Shown one piece after another: positions 17,124-25,735 of a stretch of 48,088 nt of DNA (positions are counted from its first letter, which is position 1; each line of letters opens with the position of its first letter). The DNA is from Pseudomonadota bacterium. GTDB lineage: Bacteria; Pseudomonadota; Alphaproteobacteria; Acetobacterales; Acetobacteraceae. Under the pieces are notes generated by a model, which ran no database searches, was not told the origin of the DNA, and saw only the letters and a list, made by a program, of their open reading frames with translations. The position numbers and the translations under genes are program-made. The DNA is taken from assembly GCA_046735215.1 (NCBI GenBank), contig JBKPSV010000031.1, forward strand, positions 1-48,088, written 5' to 3'.

Positions 17124-18092
17124 CTAGTCCGCGGCTATCGCGTCGGCGTGTTCCCTTCCTGCGAGCCACTTTTCTGCTTCCAATGCCGCCATGCAGCCAG
17201 TGCCCGCAGCGGTGACGGCCTGGCGAAAAATCTTGTCCTGGACGTCGCCCGCAGCAAAGACCCCCTCGACCGTCGTCCGCGTACTGCCCGGTTCCGTCAA
17301 AATGTAGCCCTCCGGGTCCATAGCGACCTGGCCCGCGAAGATTGCGGTGTTCGGCACATGCCCTATCGCTATGAACACGCCATCGACCGGCATCGAGGTT
17401 ACCGACCCGTCTTGCACGTTTCTCAACCGAATGCCGCTGACCACTTCCGGCGACCCACTCCCCTCGATCTCTTCCACCACGCTGTCCCAGACCACATTGA
17501 TCTTGGGGTGCGCGAACAGTCTCGCCTGGAGGATCTTCTCGGCGCGGAGTGCGTCGCGACGGTGGATCAGCGTCACGCTGTCAGCGTGGTGCGTGAGGTA
17601 AAGCGCTTCCTCGACCGCGGTATTGCCGCCACCGACAACCGCGACGGATTTGCCGCGGAAAAAGAACCCGTCGCACGTGGCGCAGGCAGAAACGCCGCGC
17701 CCCTGGAGCCGCTCTTCAGATGGCAAGCCGAGCCAGCGCGCCTGAGCGCCGGTGGCGATGATCACGGCATCGGCCAGAAACACGTCGCCTGAGTCGGCAA
17801 CACACTGGAACGGCCGACGCCGGAAATCGACTCGCGTGATCAGGTCATGGATAATCCGGGTGCCGACGTGCCCTGCCTGGGCGGCCATCTGCTCCATAAG
17901 CCAGGGCCCCTGGATCACTTCGGCGAAGCCGGGATAGTTCTCGACATCCGTGGTTATCGTCAGTTGCCCCCCCGGCTCCAGTCCAGCCACGAGTATCGGC
18001 TGCAAGCTGGCGCGCGCGGCATAAATCGCCGCAGTGTAGCCGGCGGGTCCGGAGCCGATGATCAGCACTTGAGTACGGTGGGTCTCGGGCAT
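17124..18092 (-). CDS. trxB: Thioredoxin-disulfide reductase
   Basis: 322-aa ORF. The FAD-binding motif is IIGSGPAGYTAAIYAAR, the redox-active motif is CATCDG and the NADPH motif is VVGGGNTAVEEALYL. Confidence 0.95.
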   Translation of the reverse strand: MPETHRTQVLIIGSGPAGYTAAIYAARASLQPILVAGLEPGGQLTITTDVENYPGFAEVIQGPWLMEQMAAQAGHVGTRIIHDLITRVDFRRRPFQCVADSGDVFLADAVIIATGAQARWLGLPSEERLQGRGVSACATCDGFFFRGKSVAVVGGGNTAVEEALYLTHHADSVTLIHRRDALRAEKILQARLFAHPKINVVWDSVVEEIEGSGSPEVVSGIRLRNVQDGSVTSMPVDGVFIAIGHVPNTAIFAGQVAMDPEGYILTEPGSTRTTVEGVFAAGDVQDKIFRQAVTAAGTGCMAALEAEKWLAGREHADAIAAD

Positions 18093-18265
18093 GGCCTATT
18101 CCGACAGCAATGGCGAACCATATCGGTCCACATCAGTGGCGGACAAGGAAGCCTGCGCGCGCCCTTGCCGCGGCCGTGCCGTGGAATATCATTGCGCGCG
18201 GCCGCCAGGTCAGCCGAAAGTCAGTCCTGCAACGTACTATCAGCGCCCGGAAGAATGCGCGCATC

Positions 18266-18745
18266 ATGAAGGCCCCCCTCGGTGACACGCCCACGCTTGA
18301 CGCCATCGATCGCCGGATCCTGGCGGAGTTGCAGGCGGATGGCCGGATGACCAATGTCGAACTGGCACGCCGCGCGGGTATCTCGGCGCCGCCGTGTCTG
18401 CGCCGCGTTCGCCGGCTTGAGGAGGCTGGCGTGATCCGCGGCTACCATGCGGATTCTGACCCGCAGAAACTTGGGTGGGAGATCACATTCTTCGCCGTTG
18501 TCGGGCTCGACAGCCAGAAGGAGGTAGTGCTGGCCGCCTTCGAACAGCTCGTCGCCAATTGGCCGGAGGTCCGTGAGTGCCACATGATCCGTGGCGGCGG
18601 GGATTTCCTGCTGAAGCTGGTCGCGCGTGACACATCGCACGAGAACCAGCTGACCCAGCGCTTGACAGGTGCCCCCACCGTCAGCCGTGTGCAGACGCTC
18701 CAAACGATCCGGACCAGCCGTTTGCTTAGCGGCGTACCGCTGTGA
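18266..18745 (+). CDS. Lrp/AsnC-family transcriptional regulator
   Basis: The ORF track gives 18110..18745; the likely start is the ATG at 18266. LDAIDRRILAELQADGRMTNVELARRAGISAPPCLRRVRRLEEAGVIRGYHA is the AsnC-type HTH, followed by a RAM/AsnC_trans_reg domain. It is divergent from trxB. Confidence 0.9.
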   Translation: MKAPLGDTPTLDAIDRRILAELQADGRMTNVELARRAGISAPPCLRRVRRLEEAGVIRGYHADSDPQKLGWEITFFAVVGLDSQKEVVLAAFEQLVANWPEVRECHMIRGGGDFLLKLVARDTSHENQLTQRLTGAPTVSRVQTLQTIRTSRLLSGVPL

Positions 18746-18770
18746 TGGCGGGTCGTGGCATAATGGGCTG

Positions 18771-19907
18771 ATGCCCCAGTCCGCCAGTTCCCTGTTCGAT
18801 ATCCCGCTGCTCGCTCGCCACGCGCCGGTACTGACGGTGGTCGTGCCATGTTACAATGAGCGGCCGAACGTAGCCCCGCTGATCGCCAGGCTCGATGCCG
18901 CACTCTATGGCATCCCCTGGGAAGTGGTCTACGTGGACGACAACAGTCCGGACGGGACAGCGGCCGAGGTCCGCCGCATCGCGCAAATGGATGCGCGCGT
19001 TCGCTGCATCCGCCGCATCGGTCGCCGCGGCCTGTCTTCTGCCGTCATAGAAGGCGCTTTGTCATCCTCGGCGCAATTCGTCGCGGTCATCGATGGAGAC
19101 CTGCAGCACGACGAAACCAAGCTGCCCGATATGCTGGCGGCACTTCAGAGCGGCCAGCACGACTTGGTGGTTGGCAGCCGCCACAGTGCGGGCGGCGACG
19201 ATGCCGGACTTAGCACACGTTGGCGCCATGTCCTCTCGCATGGCGGTATTTGGCTGGCGCAATACTTCCTTCCGATACGCCTCGGTGACCCCATGAGCGG
19301 CTTCTTCATGATGCCGCGGCCATTGTTTGAGAGTCTCGCCGGGAATCTGACGGGGCAAGGCTTCAAGATATTGCTGGATCTTGTGCTGAGCGCCCCGGCG
19401 CCGCTTCGGGTCCTCGAGATCCCGTTCATGTTCCATGAGCGCACGGCAGGTGAAAGCAAGCTCGATGCGCTTGTGCTGGTACAGTTCGCTGGCCTGCTGC
19501 TCGACAAAGTGTTCGGCGGCCTGCTGCCACTGCGGTTCTTGTCCTTCGGATTGGTCGGGGCGCTTGGCGTGTTGGTTCATCTCGCCGTCCTGAGCGTGGT
19601 GCTGAAACTGGGTGGCCTTGATTTCGAACCTGCGCAGGTCGTGGCGACGGGCGTCGCGATGGTGTTCAACTTTCAGCTCAACAACGAGATCACCTATCGC
19701 GATCAACGTCTGCGCGGGCCACGACTATGGCGTGGGCTGCTCCTGTTCGTGCTGGTCTGCGGCCTTGGTGCAGTAACGAATGTAGGCGTAGCCAAGACGC
19801 TTTATGACACCAACACGAACTGGAGTATCGCCGGGGCGATCGGTGCGGTGATCGGAGTGGTCTGGAATTACGCCGTCTCCGCCACACTCGTCTGGCGGTC
19901 GCGATAA
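18771..19907 (+). CDS. Glycosyltransferase family 2 (polyprenyl-phosphate sugar synthase, ArnC/Dpm1-like) fused to a C-terminal GtrA-like membrane domain
   Basis: The ORF track gives 18669..19907; the likely start is the ATG at 18771. LTVVVPCYNERPNV, VVYVDDNSPDGT and the DxD-type VIDGDLQHD mark the GT2 domain. The C-terminal four helices (FLSFGLVGALGVLVHL ... VVWNYAVSATLVW) are GtrA-like. Confidence 0.8.
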   Translation: MPQSASSLFDIPLLARHAPVLTVVVPCYNERPNVAPLIARLDAALYGIPWEVVYVDDNSPDGTAAEVRRIAQMDARVRCIRRIGRRGLSSAVIEGALSSSAQFVAVIDGDLQHDETKLPDMLAALQSGQHDLVVGSRHSAGGDDAGLSTRWRHVLSHGGIWLAQYFLPIRLGDPMSGFFMMPRPLFESLAGNLTGQGFKILLDLVLSAPAPLRVLEIPFMFHERTAGESKLDALVLVQFAGLLLDKVFGGLLPLRFLSFGLVGALGVLVHLAVLSVVLKLGGLDFEPAQVVATGVAMVFNFQLNNEITYRDQRLRGPRLWRGLLLFVLVCGLGAVTNVGVAKTLYDTNTNWSIAGAIGAVIGVVWNYAVSATLVWRSR

Positions 19908-19937
19908 TCCAACTCGAGGCCGGGCGCGCCAAGCAAC

Positions 19938-21392
19938 ATGCGATGGGCACTTCCGGCGCTCGTTGGACTGACCGCGCTACGTCTCGTCGTCGCAGCGTCG
20001 GTTCCGCTGGTTCCGGACGAAGCTTATTACTGGGTCTGGTCGCGCGCCTTGGCTCCCGGCTATCCCGACCATCCGCCGATGGTGGCTCTCTGGATCAGGC
20101 TCGGTACGCTTCTGGCCGGCGATGGCCCGCTGGGCGTGCGCCTGCTTGGGCCCGTCTCGACAGCCGTCAGTACGTTGCTTTTGGTTGATGCGGCCGATCG
20201 TCTGTTTCCGGCGTCCAGGCCAGGCATACGCGCTGCGCTGCTGCTGAATGCCACACTGCTGTTCGGCGCCGGCACGCTGCTGATGACCCCGGATGCCCCT
20301 CTGATGGCATTTTGGATAGCGACCATCTGGGCCACCGCGCGTCTCCTGGATGGCGGCAGCCGATGGTGGTGGGGGGCCATTGGGCTCTTCTCGGGTCTGG
20401 CGATGGACAGCAAGTACACCGCGCTGTTGCTCTGGGGCGGGGTCGGGCTGTGGCTGCTGGTGACGCCGGAAATCCGCCACTGGTTGCGCCGGCCGGCGCC
20501 GTGGCTTGCCGCATTGCTCGGGATTGGCGTGTTCACGCCTGTCCTGCTGTGGGAAGCCACGCATCAGTGGCCGAGTTTCACCCGGCAGGGTGCGCGCGTC
20601 AGCGTCTGGCACCCCTCGCGCGCTGTCGACTACATGGCGGAACTTATCGGTGGCCAGGTTGGGCTGGCCACACCGGTCATTTTCCTCTTGTGCGCTGTCG
20701 GCGTCGTGCAGGTCACGCGGCGAGCGTGGCGTGATCGCGATCCGGCATCGACCCTCCTGACGGCGCTGACGCTGCCGTCCGTGGTGCTGTTCGTGCAGCA
20801 CGCCATCGGTGATCGCGTGCAGGGAAACTGGCCTGCGCTCATCTATCCCGCGTCGGTGATCGCCGCCGGTGATCTGTGCGGGCGCAGGTGGCAGCGCCTG
20901 CGGTGTCCCGGCATTGCGCTCGGGTTCGTCATCACAGCAGCGATCTATCTTCAGGCTGGACTGGACCTGGTGCAACTGCCAATCGGGCTGGATCCGATCG
21001 CACGACAGGTTGCTGGCTGGGATCTGCTGGCGGCCGAGGTCGAGGCATTGTGCCGCCAGGAAGGGGCACAATACGTCGCCGCGGACCAATACGGCACAAT
21101 CTCCGAGCTGGCGCTTGCTCTGCCGCAGAACATCGAGGTCGTGGGGATCGGTTCCAGATGGTCGCTGTTCGATTTGCCCCAGCCCCCGCTCGCCGCAAAG
21201 ACGGGGATCCTACTGCAGAGCGGCGGCGGCGCACCGGATGACACATGGGACAACTACGTACGTATCCGCACTGTGACACGGCGGCATGGATCGCAAACAG
21301 TGGAGCGATTCGCTCTTTACCGCGTCACAGGAGCGATAAAACCCGACGCAGCAGTGGTTTTGCCACGGGCAGCTCTTCCGCCGACTGATTAG
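19938..21392 (+). CDS. Glycosyltransferase family 39 (ArnT-like lipid-linked sugar transferase)
   Basis: 484-aa polytopic ORF. The first loop, VPDEAYYWVWSRALAPGYPDHPPMVALW, is the GT39/ArnT-type signature. It lies 30 nt downstream of the GT2-GtrA gene. Confidence 0.75.
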   Translation: MRWALPALVGLTALRLVVAASVPLVPDEAYYWVWSRALAPGYPDHPPMVALWIRLGTLLAGDGPLGVRLLGPVSTAVSTLLLVDAADRLFPASRPGIRAALLLNATLLFGAGTLLMTPDAPLMAFWIATIWATARLLDGGSRWWWGAIGLFSGLAMDSKYTALLLWGGVGLWLLVTPEIRHWLRRPAPWLAALLGIGVFTPVLLWEATHQWPSFTRQGARVSVWHPSRAVDYMAELIGGQVGLATPVIFLLCAVGVVQVTRRAWRDRDPASTLLTALTLPSVVLFVQHAIGDRVQGNWPALIYPASVIAAGDLCGRRWQRLRCPGIALGFVITAAIYLQAGLDLVQLPIGLDPIARQVAGWDLLAAEVEALCRQEGAQYVAADQYGTISELALALPQNIEVVGIGSRWSLFDLPQPPLAAKTGILLQSGGGAPDDTWDNYVRIRTVTRRHGSQTVERFALYRVTGAIKPDAAVVLPRAALPPTD

Positions 21393-21452
21393 CCGGGAAT
21401 TAAGTTGACGGGTCCACGCTTGCCTCGTTGCGAGCGCCGCATATTCAGACCC

Positions 21453-22511
21453 ATGCGTGGAAATACCGACAGAAGAGGCAAGAACGAAATCCTCATCCGC
21501 AAGGAGGAGGTTGTCGAAGGCGGCCATCACGGCGGGTCTTGGAAAGTCGCCTATGCCGACTTTGTCACCGCGATGATGGCGTTCTTCCTATTGATGTGGC
21601 TGCTGAATGCCACGACCGAGGAGCAGCGCAAGGGCCTCGCCGACTATTTCAGCCCTAACAGCGTGCTGTCACATAGCTCCTCTGGAATTGGTCAGCCCTT
21701 TGGCGGTCGCACCGCGTTCTCGGACGGCGCCATGCTCTCGGATCTGGGGACGACCCAGGTCACCGTCGGCCAGCAGCCGGTGGTGGACGATGTTCAGGAT
21801 GACGGGTCTGACGTCATCGTGCAGCCGCGTCCGCATCGCGACGATAGCAAGAGCCAGGCGCCCGACCTTGGTGGTCGACCGCCACCCAAGCCGCTCAAGC
21901 GGATTGCCCAGAGTGCTGCGCCGGCGGATCCGACCCAAGCCACCGTAAAGCCTCCGGATGGGGCGGAAACATCGCGCCAGCCGACCGAGGCAGAACTGCG
22001 GGCCGCAGTTCAACGCAGAGAAAAGGAAGAGTTTGAGCGTGCGGCGCAGCAGGTTCGCGATGCTGTTGCGGGTGATCCGCGGCTGGCAGAGTTGGCGCGC
22101 CAGCTTGCGATCGACATGACGCCGGAGGGCCTTCGGATTCAGATTCGCGATGCGGACCGTGAGGCAATGTTCCCGCTTGGATCTGCGGTGCCGAACGACA
22201 AGGCGAAGTTGCTGCTTCAGAAGGTCGCAGCGGTGCTTGCGCGCATGTCGCAGGATATATCGATCGCTGGCCACACGGACGCGGCACCGTATGCGGGCAC
22301 CGGCTTTACCAACTGGGAGCTCTCGGCAGATCGTGCCAACGCCACGCGACGCTTACTGGTCGAGCAGGGCTTGCAGGAATCGCGTGTGCGTAGCGTGACC
22401 GGCAACGCCCAGCGCGATCTTGCTATACCAGGTGATCCGCTCGCCGCGGCCAACCGACGCATATCCATTGTTGTGTTGCGGTCGGTCCAGCCGCAATCGC
22501 AGGCGCCATAA
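21453..22511 (+). CDS. motB: Flagellar motor stator protein MotB
   Basis: The ORF track gives 21405..22511 (TTG); the likely start is the ATG at 21453. GGSWKVAYADFVTAMMAFFLLMWLL is the MotB TM/plug segment with the conserved Asp. The C-terminal OmpA-like domain contains ISIAGHTDAAPY...NWELSADRANATRRLL...NRRISIVVL. Confidence 0.88.
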   Translation: MRGNTDRRGKNEILIRKEEVVEGGHHGGSWKVAYADFVTAMMAFFLLMWLLNATTEEQRKGLADYFSPNSVLSHSSSGIGQPFGGRTAFSDGAMLSDLGTTQVTVGQQPVVDDVQDDGSDVIVQPRPHRDDSKSQAPDLGGRPPPKPLKRIAQSAAPADPTQATVKPPDGAETSRQPTEAELRAAVQRREKEEFERAAQQVRDAVAGDPRLAELARQLAIDMTPEGLRIQIRDADREAMFPLGSAVPNDKAKLLLQKVAAVLARMSQDISIAGHTDAAPYAGTGFTNWELSADRANATRRLLVEQGLQESRVRSVTGNAQRDLAIPGDPLAAANRRISIVVLRSVQPQSQAP

Positions 22512-22520
22512 GGCCGGCCG

Positions 22521-23373
22521 ATGCTGACGATCGGAGCCTTCGTGCTGCTGCTTGCCTGCGTTTTTGGCAGCTACGTCGTATCGGGCGGCAGCTTCGATGT
22601 GCTGGTCGAAGCTGTACCGTTTGAGATGTGGACGATCGGCGGCTCAGCCGTCGGTGCCTTCATCATGGCGAACAGCATGCACGACCTGAAGCATGCGCTG
22701 GGCAACTTCAAGAAGATCTTTGGCGGCGCTTCATTTCACAAGAAGGACTATGTTGATCTGCTGAGCCTGTTGTATTTCCTGGTCAGGCTCGCCACCACCA
22801 AGGGGAATATGGCCCTCGAGCCGCATATCGAGAAACCCGAGGACAGCCCAGCCTTTCAAAAGTTCCCCAGGATCCTGGCAAATCGGTTTGCGAGCGCGAT
22901 GATCTGCGACTACCTGCGGATGGTCGGGATGAATGCCGATGATCCCAACCATGGCCCGGGAGCTGAAGAAGACACTCAAAGAGGAGCTGCACGCCGCTCA
23001 CGCCCTACAGAACATGGCGGACGGATTGCCGGCACTTGGCATCGTTGCTGCGGTGTTGGGCGTGATCAAGACCATGTCGCATATTGACCGGCCGCCGGCG
23101 GAGCTTGGCGCGATGATCGCGAGCGCCCTGTGTGGCACATTCCTCGGTGTGCTGCTGGCATACGGCCTTGCGGGTCCTTGCGCCTCGCGTCTGCAGGCGG
23201 TTGTCGAGGAAGAGGCGAAGTTCTACGAGGTTATCCGCGCTGTGCTGGTCACGCATCTGCACGGCAATGCGCCCCAGGTCAGTGTCGAGTCGGGCCGCAA
23301 GATGGTACCAAACCAGCACATGCCGACGTTCCTCGAATTGGAAGAGGCGGTCCAGTCGGTGCAGATCAGCTAA
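22521..23373 (+). pseudogene. motA: motA (flagellar stator protein MotA) interrupted by a 1-nt frameshift near 22944-22951
   Basis: Frame A (22521 onward) encodes MotA residues 1-143, up to ...FPRILANRFASAMICDYLRMVGMNADDPN. From ATG 22951, frame A+1 encodes the rest: MARELKKTLKEELHAAHALQNMADGLPALGIVAAVLGVIKTM...FLGVLLAYG...PQVSVESGRKM...TFLELEEAV. Removing one nucleotide within CCCAACC gives a continuous protein of about 283 aa. As written, frame A runs into 45 unrelated codons and stops at 23087. Confidence 0.8.
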
Positions 23374-23542
23374 CGGTGCATCCTGATCGTCATTTGCTAC
23401 GCCTTCGTAGGGCGTGTTCGTGGCGTGGAGAGGCAGATGGTGTGACCCGGCACCTATTGCTGTCTTCTGCCTCCCGGCTCCCTTGCCGACGCTGAATCAG
23501 ATATGACTGTATCCCTTCGAAATGCACTGAAGGGAACCATTT

Positions 23543-24007
23543 ATGTCTGCAAGTCTTGCATCGCTCAAGGCACCCTCGTGGCTCACCGAGTTTCGCGCCT
23601 TCATCATGCGGGGCAGCGTGGTGGATCTTGCCGTGGGCATCATTATCGGGGCCGCCTTTACAGGCGTCGTGAACAGCCTGGTGAAGGACCTCATCAATCC
23701 TATCCTAGGCCTCATCGTCGGCGGCATCGATTTCTCCAACGTCTTCTTCACCCTCAACGGCCAGCACTACGCGACTTTGGCCGATGCACAGCAGGCAGGC
23801 GCCCCGACGCTTAACCTTGGCATGTTCATCAACGCGATCATCAATTTCATTATCATCGGTTTCGCCATCTTCTGGGTAGTGAAGGCACTGACACGTCTAC
23901 ACGTGCGCGAAGACGCGAAATCGACGCCCACCAAGACGGAAGAGCTGCTTGCCGAGATTCGCGATATCCTCAAGGCTCAGCCGGAGACGCAACCAGTGCA
24001 GCGCTGA
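23543..24007 (+). CDS. mscL: Large-conductance mechanosensitive channel
   Basis: 154-aa ORF. FRAFIMRGSVVDLAVGIIIGAAFTGVVNSLVKDLINPILG is the canonical MscL TM1 region. SD AAGGGA lies upstream. Confidence 0.95.
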   Translation: MSASLASLKAPSWLTEFRAFIMRGSVVDLAVGIIIGAAFTGVVNSLVKDLINPILGLIVGGIDFSNVFFTLNGQHYATLADAQQAGAPTLNLGMFINAIINFIIIGFAIFWVVKALTRLHVREDAKSTPTKTEELLAEIRDILKAQPETQPVQR

Positions 24008-24215
24008 TGTTGGTCCGCAGCCACTCGGCCCACGCCAACCTTCTCTGACGTTCGCGGGCCAGCTCAGCAGTCGGCAACTCCGGCTCCACGGGCTATTGCC
24101 GATCGAGCCGATCGGACGGAATGTGACCTTGGTTCCTCGGCTCCGGCGTACCCTTTGGGAGGCCCACCGCCCGTGGAAACGCTGTTGGGACGTCCAAACG
24201 GGTATGTGAACCACC

Positions 24216-25187
24216 ATGGTCCGGCTTGCAGTGGTCGTGCTTGTACTGCTCGGGTTCGCGGGATGCGCCAATGATACAGGCGGGCGACGCATTGAGGCTG
24301 CTTGCACCCTGGTTCGGCTCGCCCGGGTGCCTCTCGAGGCGCGAGGTGACATGCTATTCGTCCACGCGCGCATCGACGGTGAGCCGATCAAGTTGCTGGT
24401 GGACACCGGAGCGGAGCGCACGCTGCTCACTGAGGCCACCGTCGACCGCCTGCGCCTGCCGCGCGACTTTCAACATGCGACGCGAACGTTCGGCATCGGC
24501 AGTCCAACTGCCACGTGGGACGCCAAACTGCGGAATGGCATCGAGTTAGGAAGTACCGAGTTTCCGGTGGACCGAGTTACGGTTGGTCGCTTTGCGATCA
24601 ACGAGGCCGCGGGAAACCGTGCCGACGGCCTGCTCGGCGCCGACATCCTGCTGGCCTTCGACATCGATCTGAACCTGCCCGATCACGAGATCACGCTCTA
24701 CCAGCCCAGGCACGAATGTCCGGATGCATCACCGCCCTGGCGCGAGGCCTATGTCTCGGTCGAGGGGGTCAGCACCCGTCAGGATCGGTTGCTGCTGCCC
24801 TTTGAGCTCAATGGCGTGAGTGGCACGGCATTACTGGATACCGGCGCACAGATGAGTTCAATCAGCCAGCAAATGGCAGAACGGGTCGGGCTGCAGGAAG
24901 CCGATTTCGCAAGCGATCGCACCGTCATGGCGCACGGCGCCGCACCAGATCAAATCCCGGTCCGGATCCATCGCTTCGCGACCTTCCGCGTCGGTCCGAC
25001 AGAGATGCATACGCCGGCGCTGCCAGTGGTTCCCATGTCGAGCGGCATGGGCGACGCCCTGATCGGCGGCGATTTTCTCCGCGGGCGACGTGTCTGGGTA
25101 TCATTTGCGACACAACAGCTTTTCCTGGCTCCGCTTGAGCACGGTCCGTGGCTCGCTGTCACCCGGACCGACGAAACGTCACCTTGA
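24216..25187 (+). CDS. Lipoprotein with two tandem retropepsin-like (clan AA) aspartic protease domains
   Basis: 323-aa ORF with lipobox LLGFAGC. There are two D-T-G-A catalytic motifs in similar contexts: KLLVDTGAERTLL at about residue 60 and ALLDTGAQMSSIS at about residue 205. Each is followed by a hydrophobic-Gly-x-D segment (LLGADIL / LIGGDFL). Confidence 0.7.
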   Translation: MVRLAVVVLVLLGFAGCANDTGGRRIEAACTLVRLARVPLEARGDMLFVHARIDGEPIKLLVDTGAERTLLTEATVDRLRLPRDFQHATRTFGIGSPTATWDAKLRNGIELGSTEFPVDRVTVGRFAINEAAGNRADGLLGADILLAFDIDLNLPDHEITLYQPRHECPDASPPWREAYVSVEGVSTRQDRLLLPFELNGVSGTALLDTGAQMSSISQQMAERVGLQEADFASDRTVMAHGAAPDQIPVRIHRFATFRVGPTEMHTPALPVVPMSSGMGDALIGGDFLRGRRVWVSFATQQLFLAPLEHGPWLAVTRTDETSP

Positions 25188-25207
25188 GCCAGGTACCTGA
25201 TAATTTT

Positions 25208-25640
25208 TTGCAAGAAGATTCTGCCACCGTCCCGAGCAATGCGCTGAAGATTCTCGTCGCCGACGACCACGTCCTGCTGCGACAGGGTCTTCGTCAACTC
25301 CTGGACGATGAGAACCCTGATTAAGAGTTCGTCCAGGCAAATGGCTTTAACACCGCTCTCGAGGCACTTGCCCGGAATGAAGCGGATCTATGCCTGATCG
25401 ATGTCGGCAAGCCCGACATGTGCGGCGCCGAGAGCTCAGGGAACTCCGGGCAGCGCATCCCGAGACGTCCCCTCGCGCACCAGAGGGTCTCGTCGACCAG
25501 CAGAAGCCGCTTGCCGGCAAGCGAGGGGGCGGCACGACCTTCTCCGCCCGGAACCGGCAGCGGCTCGGTCGCTGGGTGCACGTGTACGACCATGGACGTG
25601 CCTATACCGACGACGGATTTGTTCTGTGCGATCGGTTGCT
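25208..25640 (+). pseudogene. Degraded NarL/LuxR-type response-regulator receiver domain (in-frame TAA at 25322, frameshift near 25425-25435, no output domain)
   Basis: The frame from TTG 25208 reads ...NALKILVADDHVLLRQGLRQLLDDENPD*EFVQANGFNTALEALARNEADLCLIDVGKPDM, the typical receiver N-terminus with DD and the phospho-acceptor D in LIDV. The continuation ELRELRAAHPETS is in the +2 frame. No helix-turn-helix is recognisable before the next gene at 25736. The 3' boundary is uncertain. Confidence 0.55.
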
Positions 25641-25735
25641 GACCTTGGCACAGGATGCGGATCGCGCAGGCCTGCGGCGGGCCGCCGAGAGCCTGTTTGA
25701 GCTGGTCGGTGCGGTGCTTGAGCCACACCGAAGCG

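Noticed and set aside
22929-22960. Programmed +1 ribosomal frameshift as the explanation for the motA frame change.
   Set aside because: There is no in-frame stop or rare hungry codon at the shift site, since the zero frame stays open for 45 more codons. There is also no prfB-like SD-stimulator arrangement. A mutation or a sequencing error is more likely.
25321-25728. A minus-strand 135-aa ORF containing KRLLLVDE, which superficially resembles a receiver-domain start.
   Set aside because: The resemblance stops after those residues. The plus strand carries about 85 residues of a coherent receiver-domain sequence, so the minus-strand ORF is the antisense shadow of the pseudogene.
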